Below are positions 25,439 through 36,255 of a stretch of DNA of 64,000 bases, piece by piece. The notes beneath the pieces were generated by a model. That model was not told where the DNA came from. It searched no databases and was given only the letters and a program-made list of their open reading frames with translations. The stretch comes from Neoechinorhynchus agilis (Eukaryota; Animalia; Acanthocephala). The position numbers were made by a program, and so were the translations under genes. Position 1 is the stretch's first letter. Each line of letters starts with the position of its first letter. The stretch covers positions 3,276,151 through 3,340,150 of the forward strand of contig CM121341.1 of NCBI GenBank assembly GCA_051530055.1, read 5' to 3'.

Positions 25439-25588
25439 TAGACTTATTGTTTAGGTCTTCACTTGGAAAATAATTTTTTTATTAAAAACGTTTTGAACCT
25501 ATTTATAAACTGATGATGAACCCGACAAGGTTCAAAACGTTTTTATCAAAAAAATATTTATCGGGAGATAACCTAAACAATAAGTCTA
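25439..25588. mobile_element. Palindromic MITE-like element bounded by TA
   Basis: tagacttattgtttaggt ... acctaaacaataagtcta terminal arms; inner arms aaaaacgttttgaacct / aggttcaaaacgttttt. Confidence 0.8.
25505..25546 (+). ncRNA. Hammerhead-like motif, family C, with G12 to A change (probably inactive)
   Basis: AUAAA-CUGAUGA-U-GAACC-CGACAA-GGUUC-AAA-ACGU-U-UUUAU: 5-bp stems I and II, palindromic ACGU helix III, but AAA in place of GAA. Confidence 0.55.
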
Positions 25589-25815
25589 ATCATATTGCCT
25601 GGTACCTCAGATATAGACATTTCCTATTTTTAAAATAAAATGCATGTTAGAAGAAGACGATGTGAAATCTTCCATTTTATTATCCTATTTCATGCGGTTT
25701 TTTTACTTTCGTTTATTGGAACACACAATTATCGCACTTTATATTCTTCAGATATTAATTCAAATGAAAAGTTTCTTAGTGTCAAAGCGCAAACTTTAAA
25801 AACAAAGAGTATATT

Positions 25816-27399
25816 TCAATCCTGTAAAGGGTTCCCATTAACACCGATCAGCATAATTTCCAACTTGTATATAAGGAATGAACCTGTTTCATCGGAATTA
25901 AATAGTTGTACTTCCCAATAACCCCTTGGATCTTCAAACCAATTGAGAACCGACGTAAAAGACCCTCTTGGAAATCCATAAGTTTTATCGTCGTCAAGAG
26001 GTCGAGTAGGCAACATCTCTACACTGTTATTGCTAGGAGACACAAGCACAATTCTCAATTTTCCTCTTTGTCCACGATGGTGATAACCAGATTGGATATT
26101 AATATTTAGAATTACATGTTCTAAACTGGTTATCGCAGACGAAGATGAATTGCAGGCATCGGTATAAACTCGGAAACGCTCCATAGAATCGCTTTCTAGC
26201 AAAGTAAATGAATCTAACTTCACTTTACAGATATTAGATTCTGGCAATTTACTGCCTTTCATCGCAATGGCGTTATCCACAAAAGATTTGGGATCAAGAA
26301 TTCCGAACCCAAAGTAATTACTTACCCAATGTCCAGCTCCATTTTTCCACCATCCGTCGTTCATATTTGCATGCTTAACGGACGACATAACTACCAAATA
26401 CTGGATTTGTCTGTAGTCCAGATCAGGATTTGCTTCGAGTCCAAGTGCAATAATGGCCGCTACCATCGGAGTGGCGGCTGATGTTCCACCAAAATGTTGG
26501 CATGTACCATGTAGACCAGCAGTTATTATACCATCTGAATTGTCTTCGCTGGTATATCCACTTGTCATGATCGCGGCACATTTTTCAGCGTAAGACGGCG
26601 ATGAATGGTTTCTTAAAACGCCAGCCACGGCAATCGCGTAATGGGAATTCACTCGTCCATCGACAGCACAATTGTCCAAAAATTGACCACCATTTCCCGA
26701 GGTTATAACAAAGGAAGATCCTAATCCATTACGTCCTAACTGGGCATTATTTGCAAGTACTAAACTTTCGATCCCATTAAGTCCCTTAACCGAACTACCG
26801 TCACTCGGTTCGCCTAGGGACATGCTATAAATGTCAATCTTTGAATTTATTGGCAGCGTTGCATTATTTAGCGATATGAAGTTAAAGTATATAAACCCAA
26901 GCGAAATTATGCATCGCTGCTCTTTTAAGCCGTAGGATGCTTCAACGGGTTGGCGCTTATTGAAATAATAATGATCGTATATCGGAAATGCGTTTAAGCT
27001 GATGATTTTGGAATCATAGGCGATGCCAACGCCGCAAATATTGTTGTCCGGTTTCCCAGCTATGATTCCGGCGCAGCCATTGCCATGATCTGCGTAAACA
27101 TCCGAATTGGGAAGAGTTTCCAAGACGCTATCATTTAAATCGGGATGATCTTGTTCGATACCATAATCAATTACGCCCACAACGACACCTTTTCCAGTAT
27201 AACCCTCGTTCCAAACCCTTTCGATATTATATGCTGATCGGTGAAGATGCCAGCTATTAGGCCATTGCTCGTCGGTAATCGGCGATAATGTTGTTGATGC
27301 TGATAATGAAGAATTGCTCAAATGGGCACATAAATTTCCGTCTTTCGGTAGATTATAGGCAATGCGTACGGAAACTAAGAACAGAAAGATTGTTAACAT
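25816..27399 (-). CDS. Subtilisin/kexin-type proprotein convertase (S8 catalytic domain plus P domain)
   Basis: VVGVIDYGIEQDHPDL (Asp), DHGNGCAG (His), ITSGNGG (oxyanion Asn), FGGTSAATP (Ser), HYFGFG-like NYFGFG; P domain LEHV...RGKLRIVLVSPS...EDPRGYW. The 5' structure is uncertain. Confidence 0.9.
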   Translation of the reverse strand: MLTIFLFLVSVRIAYNLPKDGNLCAHLSNSSLSASTTLSPITDEQWPNSWHLHRSAYNIERVWNEGYTGKGVVVGVIDYGIEQDHPDLNDSVLETLPNSDVYADHGNGCAGIIAGKPDNNICGVGIAYDSKIISLNAFPIYDHYYFNKRQPVEASYGLKEQRCIISLGFIYFNFISLNNATLPINSKIDIYSMSLGEPSDGSSVKGLNGIESLVLANNAQLGRNGLGSSFVITSGNGGQFLDNCAVDGRVNSHYAIAVAGVLRNHSSPSYAEKCAAIMTSGYTSEDNSDGIITAGLHGTCQHFGGTSAATPMVAAIIALGLEANPDLDYRQIQYLVVMSSVKHANMNDGWWKNGAGHWVSNYFGFGILDPKSFVDNAIAMKGSKLPESNICKVKLDSFTLLESDSMERFRVYTDACNSSSSAITSLEHVILNINIQSGYHHRGQRGKLRIVLVSPSNNSVEMLPTRPLDDDKTYGFPRGSFTSVLNWFEDPRGYWEVQLFNSDETGSFLIYKLEIMLIGVNGNPLQD

Positions 27400-27540
27400 A
27401 ACTCAACCGTTATTTGAGTAGTCGTAAACTAATGTAGAAATGCTTTGGGACTTGGCTATGCGCATTTTTATATGTGGTGGTTGAATGTTACATTTTTGAC
27501 TCATTGTTTTGAAGACTTAACTTCTCTCATTTAATGGTTG

Positions 27541-28868
27541 AACAGAACTGTTTGATGGTTTTTGAACAATATTATTTTTTCTGGAAACGAATGGAGGACG
27601 CCTTCTCAAATACTATTTTTTCAATGATGATTTCAAAATGATAACGCAAATATCAATGATCTTATAAATCCTCGTCTAAATCACGAATTTTTTCATCTTC
27701 CTCTTTCTTGAAAATTTGGCCTCATCGGAAACCGCATCATTTTGCTCCAAAGCAATGTCTTCAATACCCTTCGCCCTTTGAGGAGGCTCAATAATTTCAA
27801 TTTTCATTTCATTTTTAATCTCAACAAAGCAAACCGTAGTAAAATCGCTTTCTTTTAATGGAGTTCCCATATTATCCATATCGACATCTTTTAAGCTGTA
27901 CTTTATCCATTTGGAAGGATCGTGGAAAAATGAAATTTGTGGGAATTGAATAGCACGTTTTGGGAATAAAGGATTTTCATCGGAATTTTAACATTTTCTC
28001 AAAGTTTGCCATCTAAAACACGAACATTAGCGTTATCCTACGGACTGGTAATCCGTGTTCTTGAACTCATTGTCCAGTGCAACCGATGGAAGGCAATAGA
28101 GCCTGCATATCAGCTTAAAATTACCATTGAAAAGGCAGTGGTGCTCTAGCTCAGAGGTTCCAGTGGACAATGAGTCAAGGAACGGGCTTTTATAAATATG
28201 TTGCAAGGCTAATGTTCGAAATTAGTGAACTCAAATCTAGATTGGCAAAACCACCAATAGAAAGAAATCGTTGAAGGCATTCTACTTTCATCAAGGGGAA
28301 AAATTGGTAACGATATCGAAATGCGCGAAATTCCAAGTGGCAAAGGACATGGAACTCGGATGGATCATCAAAAAAAGAGTAATTCGACCATTTCATTTTT
28401 TCTTTTGATCAAGTCGTTTGACTTAATCAATGCATTTATTGGTGTTTGGTTACTGCAATCTAAATTTTTATAAAAAGTCGACGCATGCTAATTCTAAAAT
28501 TTTATCTCAGAATCGCATTGTATTCCTTAGGACCAAATGGCCGCTAATCTTCCAATATATTGGATTTTCACGATTATGCATAAATGTAAATCGCATTTTG
28601 AAATTTCCATAGATTACAACCAGTAGCATTATTCAACTTTCAGTCTCGATTCATCTTTGGAACAAAAGATATAAAATGAACTAATTCGATTTGTAACGAA
28701 CACATTGGAGTTTCAGCGGTGTTTTGACAGGAAAAATGTAAAAAAATAACAAACTTAGAATTCGACAATTTCAGCATTCTAGAATTTATTTTTGTTTTTT
28801 AGAGTTCAAATCAGCTCATGATCTTATCGATATATCAAAGTAACTTCTAAATTAACACAGTGATTTTT
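27541..28868. repeat. Segmental duplication X, copy 2
   Basis: Colinear with 12145-13710. Confidence 0.9.
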
Positions 28869-29389
28869 GGTTCATTTCAAAATACAAAAAAGCTGAGGCG
28901 ATGATTTTACATTTCGAACTCGCGTTTTAGTATGCGAATTTAATCCAATTCGTATTCCGCATTTTTAATGCAAACATTAAATGAGGCTCTGGGCCATCAG
29001 TTTTAAAATAATTTAAACAGTTTCTAATCTTTTTATTTCCGGAAACCACAAAGTTAAAAATGCGTCATTTCACAATGTACGGATAGGAAAACGTTTTCAG
29101 TTTAGAAGCGTACGAGATGATGAAGTTTAGACAAAATTATTCCCATCGCAATTGTCGTTTATGGACCATCGATTGATTTTCGTACAAAATTAATGGGTCA
29201 AGGAAACAAAATGATTGCAAATATTATTCTCATTCTAATCGCAATCGTTAAAAGCGTCATTCCGGTCCTTTATTTGTGTAATATCTTAAATCTCGGAAAG
29301 TTAAAAGTGTTACAAAATCTAATTTTTTTCAATATTATACTTGCTTATTACCAGAACCTGAATGTAACATCGCTCACAAACTGTTATAT

Positions 29390-30700
29390 GCCTAGCCGTC
29401 CTCGTCCTCAATTGTCGCCCGAATGCTTGCAGTGTTGCCTCTCAACACGGCGATGCTGATATTTTGAACCTTGCATCGCCGGTTGTAACCTGAAGGCATC
29501 GCTTCAGATCCCTCAGGAGTTGAAGAGCCTCGCTACCAAGAGATCCGTAGGTCTCAACCCCAAAAGGCACAAACACATGGCCCGGGCTAAATCGAGGTAT
29601 TTAGCCGTTTTCCGTCCTTCCGCAGCGTTCGCCGCACCTCCAGCTTGAACCACCGAGAACTTGAGATTGCTGGCTGCGAGTGTATCGACACAAGTGGCGT
29701 CCCAGAGGAGGCTTTTACCCTCCCGCCACGGAAATACGGTCACCCCATCAGGTCTACGCCCGTCGTCCCTACAGAGGTTGGCAGGTTCCAAAATAAGTGC
29801 CCGGTTCATCACCATGTTAATTTCGGAATGTCTTGGGAATCTACCGGCTGATTTTCTACAGATGAGACCATGGCATCCCGACGAATCCACATTTGCACTG
29901 CAGCGGCATCGGTGGGGATGACACATTGGTAGTCCTCGTCTCATTGAAACTTCGACCCGTACTGCCTCGTCGGAAAGGAGAGTACCCACAGATGCCAGCG
30001 GGACCGCGTTCAACCAAGCATTTGATCCTCTGCTGAAGACTGCCAACAATCTGGCACGGACAACGTCGTCGCTTGAGTCTGATGAGAGAGAGCTTTGAAC
30101 TCTTGCTACGAGAGGTCCACATGGATTGTTTTTGGTCATTCACAGGTACTTGATCGGAGTTGATCAGTGTACACCACTCACTGATTCCCTCTTCAAAATG
30201 CCTATCAAGATGATAAATTTCAAAATGCGCTGAACTGCGCTTCCCTCATAGGAGCCTAAAAATGCGGGCAGGGATATGTCCGCTGTTTTCCGGATGCCCA
30301 ACTCGCCAGAAGATACAGGCAAGGATGCTTGTCGCCATGCCCCTTCTGACAGCTGGACATTTAAAACTTGCTCGAGACAGTCCTTTAATCTGTCATCCAG
30401 CTTGCCAAGCTGAACCTTGTGCTTGAAAAACGGGGCAGTGCGTAGAACATAAAGGAACTTGGGGATGAAGAGGGTGTACTTTATCAAGAACAGAGCCTCG
30501 TGTGATCCAAGCTCACAGACCCTATCGCAGAGCACCGATAACTTCTTTAGAAGGTTGTTAATTTCGTTTTCTACATTCCCATCAAAGACGCAACTGCCCA
30601 AAAGCTTAAGCCGGTCAAGGTCGATCATTTCTATCCCGGGTGCAACATTTTCAAAGAGACCGAGACCGGGCCCAAAGCAATTGAGTCGCAAATAAGTTCA
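29390..30700 (-). mobile_element. CRE-like LINE 3' half (RT C-terminus, zinc knuckle, RLE)
   Basis: ORFs 30164-30691 and 29513-30139: QASLPVSSGELGIR, HRCRC...HGLICRKSAGRFPRHSEIN, RRPDGVTVFPWREGKSLLWDATCVDT, RKTAKY. Confidence 0.92.
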
Positions 30701-30892
30701 ATGTTTACAAAAAATAATGCCGTGTTTTCATTTGAAATTTCTCGTCTTGAAAAGAGAATTTCCTAGATCAGAAAACCGCAATGATTGGCTTGTGTTTCAA
30801 AGTTAAATGCTGATATTCCTTGTTACTCTTCCTTCTTACGAAATTACCATAGATTAAGTGTTGTAAATAGTTGTTCATTTATAAATGTGTTC

Positions 30893-31061
30893 TTTGGCGA
30901 TGAGAAGAATAGATATTGATTTATTGTTCTCAATATTTCGTCCGTCTCGTCGGACTTCTTCAGGTCATAAACGTAGAGGGCCACCGTGACCTGAAGAAGT
31001 TCGACGAGACGGACGAAATATTTAGAACATTAAATCAATATCTATTCTCCTCATCGCCAAA
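30893..31061. mobile_element. Near-perfect palindrome (arms of about 75 bp, 19-nt spacer) whose arms carry hammerhead-like cores (family D)
   Basis: Arms tttggcgatgagaagaatagatattg...cttcaggtca / tgacctgaag...caatatctattctcctcatcgccaaa; right arm CUGAAGA-A-GUUCG-ACGAGA-CGGAC-GAA-AUAU-U at 30991-31022. Confidence 0.85.
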
Positions 31062-31105
31062 AAACTCAGATTGGGTGTAATAAGAAATCGATATATTAAG
31101 CTTTC

Positions 31106-31461
31106 TATACTTTGGTGAAAATAATAACGGTCATAACCTATTTTATTTATTTGAGATATTTCGCGAGGTAACCTCGCTTCATCAGTCATCTAAAAATATG
31201 TTTTTCACCTTAAGGTTTTATGCCCGAGTGCGCGGGATCTCCAAACCCGAAGTTCGGGGACCAATTTCTGCTCGTTTTTCCCGTCTTTTGTATTAATTTT
31301 TAACACGTGGCTGGCTGGAAGTTCCAAGCTAAAATTAGCTTTATTTCAGTCCTTTGTGTTGGATACGGCGATACTAATGAGGCAAGGTTACCTCCTACGA
31401 AATATCTCCAATAAATCAAATATAGGTTATGACCGGGTGGATTATTTTCACCAAAAGTATA
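31106..31461. mobile_element. Penelope-like remnant with inverted terminal copies, each carrying a family A hammerhead
   Basis: Ends tatactttggtgaaaataat / attattttcaccaaaagtata; the interior matches the GIY-YIG 3' end at 930-1120; intact motif at 31152-31188 (-), degenerate motif at 31371-31410 (+). Confidence 0.8.
31152..31188 (-). ncRNA. Minimal hammerhead ribozyme motif, family A
   Basis: UGA-CUGAUGA-A-GCGAGG-UUA-CCUCGC-GAA-AUAU-C-UCA; differs from 884-920 only at the extra nucleotide after A9. Confidence 0.75.
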
Positions 31462-32364
31462 CACTTTGATTAACCCTAAAGGATTTTCTCTGTCGATGAA
31501 TAAGCTTTCTGTTCGCTTTGGCCTATTGAATTCATTGGACGGTGAGTTCCTTCAATCTTAAAGCTAAACTTCCATCAACGCCCAATTGAAGCATGCACGT
31601 TTTATTGTGTGAAATTTAAAAGCTTCCGAAACATCACCACCAATTCTCATGCTCTCGGATTCTAATCTCAAAAGCAATTTCTTTGACTAGACGTCGCATT
31701 ACTGAATGCATTTCCTTTGTTGCACTACGTCTCTATCGATTCGTCCGGAACTTATAGTCTCGTTGACAAGGTCACGCCAAGGAAACAAAATTGTTCACAG
31801 CGTCTGGAAAATACAGTGACAAAAATGACTCCGAGAATCAATTGCTGGGTTTTTCGGTGAACAATCGTGGCGAAAGATGCTTTTTCGGTTTCGAAACACG
31901 TTTTAAGTATACCTTTTTTGAAAAGGACGTTTATTAATCATATGATTATCCTTATTAAAAGAAATAGTAATAAATGTAAGCAAAAGTTTTGTAATGCGTA
32001 TTTAAAAAGGGTAATATATGAGAAATAGTTTGAAATTTATTCTTTGATTTCCAAGTGCTTTCACTATCTCTGAAAATCGTTTCTTCCAAAATGCTAAAAC
32101 TCTTGAACTAGATGTCTAGCAAAACGTATCGAAATTTTTTCTACATATTTACGCTTTTCGGTTTTTAATAGTTATGGGATTTATATATTTCACCTCTCTT
32201 CCCTCTAAAACACAAACTTATGTACTTTTTAAATCGAATCATTGCTTCCGTGATGTTTAGGCTTTTATTTTTGCGAAGAAATATGACAGTTAGTTGTCAA
32301 TCGGTTTATATCTTTATTAATTTGTCGTTAGCGCTCACCAATTTCTTTGAATAAAATTCTAGAT

Positions 32365-32837
32365 ATGGTAAAGGAACTGGACACATTCAGCATTGCTTAC
32401 GGCGTCGCGGTTTTGACTGGTGGAATAGTCGGTTACTTAAGAAAACGTATGACAATCCGGTTTAATTTGAAACAATTATTGTACGTTTATTCTAAAAATA
32501 GGAAGTCGACCTTCATTATTTTCCGGATTCATATTTTGCATGTTCATTTGGTACGGAGCGAGACAAACATCGGGCACTAATTATCAAAACACGTTTCCAT
32601 GTAAGCTTCAAAGTTGCTTGGACGCTTGCACATTGATTTTTAGCAATGCTTGCAGCGGTTTCTTTACTTTTGGTAATGATCTACAGGTACACTCGACAAT
32701 GGAAACCTATTCCTGCAATTCCGGTAATCATTTTAAGGTAAATTAATGAAAATTTGGAGCTACTATCACATTTTATTTTAAATAGTATATTTCAAATCAT
32801 TAGATTAATGCGAATCGATCGTCAGAGCTCAAAATAA
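32365..32837 (+). CDS. TMEM14: TMEM14-family membrane protein, 4 exons (introns 32447-32501, 32601-32643, 32738-32785)
   Basis: Spliced: MVKELDTFSIAYGVAVLTGGIVGYLRKRSRPSLFSGFIFCMFIWYGARQT...SMLAAVSLLLVMIYRYTRQWKPIPAIPVIILSIFQIIRL; matches the GG..GY.K.GS.PSL pattern; three GT-AG introns of 55, 43 and 48 nt keep the frame. Confidence 0.85.
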
Positions 32838-33798
32838 ATCTTTATTTCTTTGAATCATGGTCCATAGTCGCTCACGGCAATCACCATCATACGGAAAGAG
32901 AGCACAATGCAGCATTCTAATTATGGAAGGTTCATTCCCAAAAGAATAATTATGAAATCCAAAGGTAATGATATCATTTATCGCGCTGAACGGGAACGTT
33001 CTCAATATCAGAGACAAGTTGTCCTTGTACAAAAGATGCGAGTGAAAATTCACTGCCTCAGTTCTGTGTAGTTCTAAATCATACTTAATGAGCTTGCCGA
33101 CATAAATATCATCGGGCAAATGCCATTTGTTGCAAGAATTTTTTTCTTCTCATTGAAAAAAATTATCTGCATTTGATGCATCCATCAATGAAAGTCTTTT
33201 CAGGCGTCACCAAAGGAAGCATTTTCTTTAGTAAACCATGAGAATAACACACTCCTGCTCCGTATGTGTTAAAACTAAGATTTAATCGTTTTGGTCTTTT
33301 TATTTGTACGTAATCGACCGACGCTCGACCAATGTAAAAGTCTTTCCTAAAATCGAATTGTGATAAATATTCAACCAAATTGTTTAGATTGACATATTGA
33401 TCGTCGTCAAATCTACAGTACCATTTCTTTTTAGAAAACTTCATTAAATTAAACTCTTTTGCCGTCTGGCAACACAGATTCTTTAGATTCCGCCCAATTG
33501 AACATCGTGAGGAGTGCCATTTAATTCGTTTTTGAGGATAGTCTCGAATAACAACAGCGTCGGTGACCACATGAACCGATTCAGCAAACAAAAACCACGT
33601 TTCAATCATCGGCAAAAGCCTGCGACGATAATTCGATTCAGTAGTTCGAACGATTAAAAGAACGTCGGAAATCTTACAGCATCCTGACTGACTTCTCTTA
33701 TCCATTTTAGGATAAACGTTAGAATTCAGAAATAGATACCAAATTATTAATGTAACCAATAGGAGTACTGAACATTTCTGCAGTATTTTTGATTTCAT
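32829..33798 (-). CDS. Fringe-family beta-1,3-N-acetylglucosaminyltransferase interrupted by a 46-nt hairpin insertion
   Basis: Type II TM segment; IVRTTE, TWF, KWYCRFDDDQYVNLNNL (DxD), DFYIGRAS, GAGVCYSHGL; second part LPDD..G...FHSHL...HCALFP. The two parts join in frame only after removing 46 nt with no GT-AG ends. Confidence 0.85.
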
Positions 33799-34709
33799 AA
33801 CTTCTAATCAATGTGGATAACGCCGCACTTTCCAGAGTTTCTTGCCTTTTGGATCCTAGATAGTACTTTTGCGTGAGGGAAATATTAATCAAATAAGTCT
33901 AGGCGTGTAGATCTGCACCGTTTGGCTTATCGGCATGTTTACGCGAAACTCCCAAAACGTAGATATGCAGCAATGAGCCAAGGGCTATTATGGAATCCAG
34001 TGATGGAGAAATAAATGCTGATTTAAAAAAAATGCCAAAGATTGAGCAGCTCCAGTTGATATAAGTAATTCTGTATTTCTTGACTAACTTTCATGATATT
34101 GAGAGCTAGTAATGCAATCGCTTGTATAAAAATTGCGAATGTTCAGGTTACTTGTAGGTTTCATCACAATCATGGCTATCGATTTTTTTGTTAGCGAAAT
34201 GCAATATCAGCGTCACTGAGCAAATGCGATACTTAATCTTTTATTTGACACACAAAAACGTCAATAGAATCGAACATTCCTACGATTACACAATATCACA
34301 CTGTATTCGTGGAAGTAAAATCGTAGATCGAGATGCGAATACAAGAATTTTTTCAAGAAGACGTTTCTTGTACTTTGCACAAGGAAAAACATTATAATCC
34401 TTACTTAATCGACGAGTTTCTCTATTTTTTAATTTTCTTTTAATTATAGCAATTTACATTTCTAAATTAATTCGCTTTAATGACGAGGGTTCTCCAAGTG
34501 CCGTCTTTTTTGGGATTTTTTGAACAATTCCTTTGCTAAAAAAATAACCAAGTTAATATTTTAATGTAAGTGAATAAGATAATTTACATTTAATTGACAG
34601 AACTATCATCGATTTTCGATAGAAATGGGAAAGGCATGTTTCCTACATGGACAATGATCTATTGGACGAGCTGCACATGAAAAGCCCGGTCATTTTTAGC
34701 CAATCAAGA

Positions 34710-36255
34710 AACGCATACAATCTAATCACGAGCAATATTCGATCAATGATTTCTTTCAACATTAATTTCAATTTGACGTTATGACAATAACTTTTGCATG
34801 CTTTTTTCTCCTTTGAGCAAATACCTTCAGGGTCTTCTTTATTGTTGCAAAATGGCATTTGTAAATGTCCAGTAAATTGTAGTTATTTAAATCCATTGTA
34901 CTTCTACGTTCATAGTATTCTGGTGGTAAAATTTCGTCAAACTTAACTTATAAAAATGTATATTTTTAAACTTTTACGCTTCTGAACATCAAGGCTATCT
35001 TGATAATTAAAAATTCAATTCATTGTGTATCAATATAGAAAGTACAGTTTAACTATGCTTTCGAATAAAAAAAGATGGATTTAAGGAGACGTTTCTTTGG
35101 GCGATAGGTATCTATTCACTGATCTCGAAATGACCATAAGTAAAGGGGAAGACGAGAAAATCAAACGGTGTAATCCATGGGGTCCTTATACTTACAAGGA
35201 TTTAATCACTATGGCTATCGAAAGCAGCCTTCACGGTTGTCTCACTCTCCAGTGCATCTATCTTTGGATCCTCAGAAACTTTGAATACTTCAGACAGCGA
35301 CAACGGTTTCCTCTTTGCAAACAATGGAAAAACGCCATCCGTCACAATCTCTCGATTAATGCAAAGTTTTATCGGTTTCCACTTACCAATCGTAAAAAGC
35401 TCTCGTTTTGGGCTATTAATCCAAATTACAAAAAAGGAATAGCGAATAGAAAACGAAGTATTGATTTATTCACAGGGGATCAGGGGGTCGTGGAGGCACG
35501 CCGTCCGAAAAGTTCACGCGATCATTCGCAGCAATGCGATGCCACTTTCGACCTTCAAAATAATTTATTTATAAACAATCCGGCGAACACAAATGGATTT
35601 ATTTTTAATGATCCACTAAATGTACCGCCTGCGGATATAAATGCCGGCATCGGTCAAAATACTTTTCTCTATTTCGACCAACAAAACCCGGAATTCGAAT
35701 TCCAATCGCCTTTAAACGCGTACAATTCGACCGCAGTACACCCAAATCCGGAAGTTTACACGAATGTGGCAACAAATCCGACTTATGGATATCAAGGTGA
35801 ACAATTGGTTGAACCACAGTTTTTCAACAACGCATACGCTTTAGATGCTCAACAGTACCCTAATGGCTATCATGGAGACCAAAGCACTTACCAAAATACT
35901 CCACAAACCATGCAATTCTATCAACCAAATAACGAGTTTAATTTCAATCAGCAACAACCTACACAAAACGTACAGATTTTCTATCAAGACCAATGTGCCC
36001 CTCAGAAATATTTACATGCAAGTGAAGTGATAAAACGTCAATTTCCAGTCAAAACCGAAGCAAGAGATCAAGCCTTTGAACCTAATAGTAGACCCTCGAA
36101 CGATCCTCCTTTTACTGAACCAAATTGAAATCAACGTTTAGAGCGACATTTAGTAGATGATTGCATATTCCAAATGCAATCTTGAGTTGTGCCTCAAATA
36201 GTGTTGCGCATCTCTTAGATAAATTAGATTTAGCGTAAATTTAGTGCTTATTGGC
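34710..36255. repeat. Segmental duplication Y, copy 2
   Basis: Colinear with 14684-16220. Confidence 0.93.
35130..36128 (+). CDS. Forkhead-box transcription factor paralogue B, intronless
   Basis: PYTYKDLITMAIESS...LTLQCIYLWILRNFEYFR...WKNAIRHNLSINAKF...FWAINP is a canonical forkhead domain. Subfamily not assignable by eye. Confidence 0.92.
   Translation: MTISKGEDEKIKRCNPWGPYTYKDLITMAIESSLHGCLTLQCIYLWILRNFEYFRQRQRFPLCKQWKNAIRHNLSINAKFYRFPLTNRKKLSFWAINPNYKKGIANRKRSIDLFTGDQGVVEARRPKSSRDHSQQCDATFDLQNNLFINNPANTNGFIFNDPLNVPPADINAGIGQNTFLYFDQQNPEFEFQSPLNAYNSTAVHPNPEVYTNVATNPTYGYQGEQLVEPQFFNNAYALDAQQYPNGYHGDQSTYQNTPQTMQFYQPNNEFNFNQQQPTQNVQIFYQDQCAPQKYLHASEVIKRQFPVKTEARDQAFEPNSRPSNDPPFTEPN

Noticed and set aside
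26830-26930. In-frame insert in the convertase as a third hairpin intron
   Set aside because: Some words resemble the other inserts, but the frame is open and I found no convincing stem.
31560-31720. Minus-strand SVMRRLVKEIAFEIR resembling histone H3 RLVREIA
   Set aside because: Short match flanked by stops and frameshifts; the rest of the fold could not be traced.
33124-33175. U12 AT-AC or GC-AG explanation for the fringe insert
   Set aside because: No ATATCC donor; the AT..AC join is out of frame, and GC donors joined to the internal AGs create TAA.
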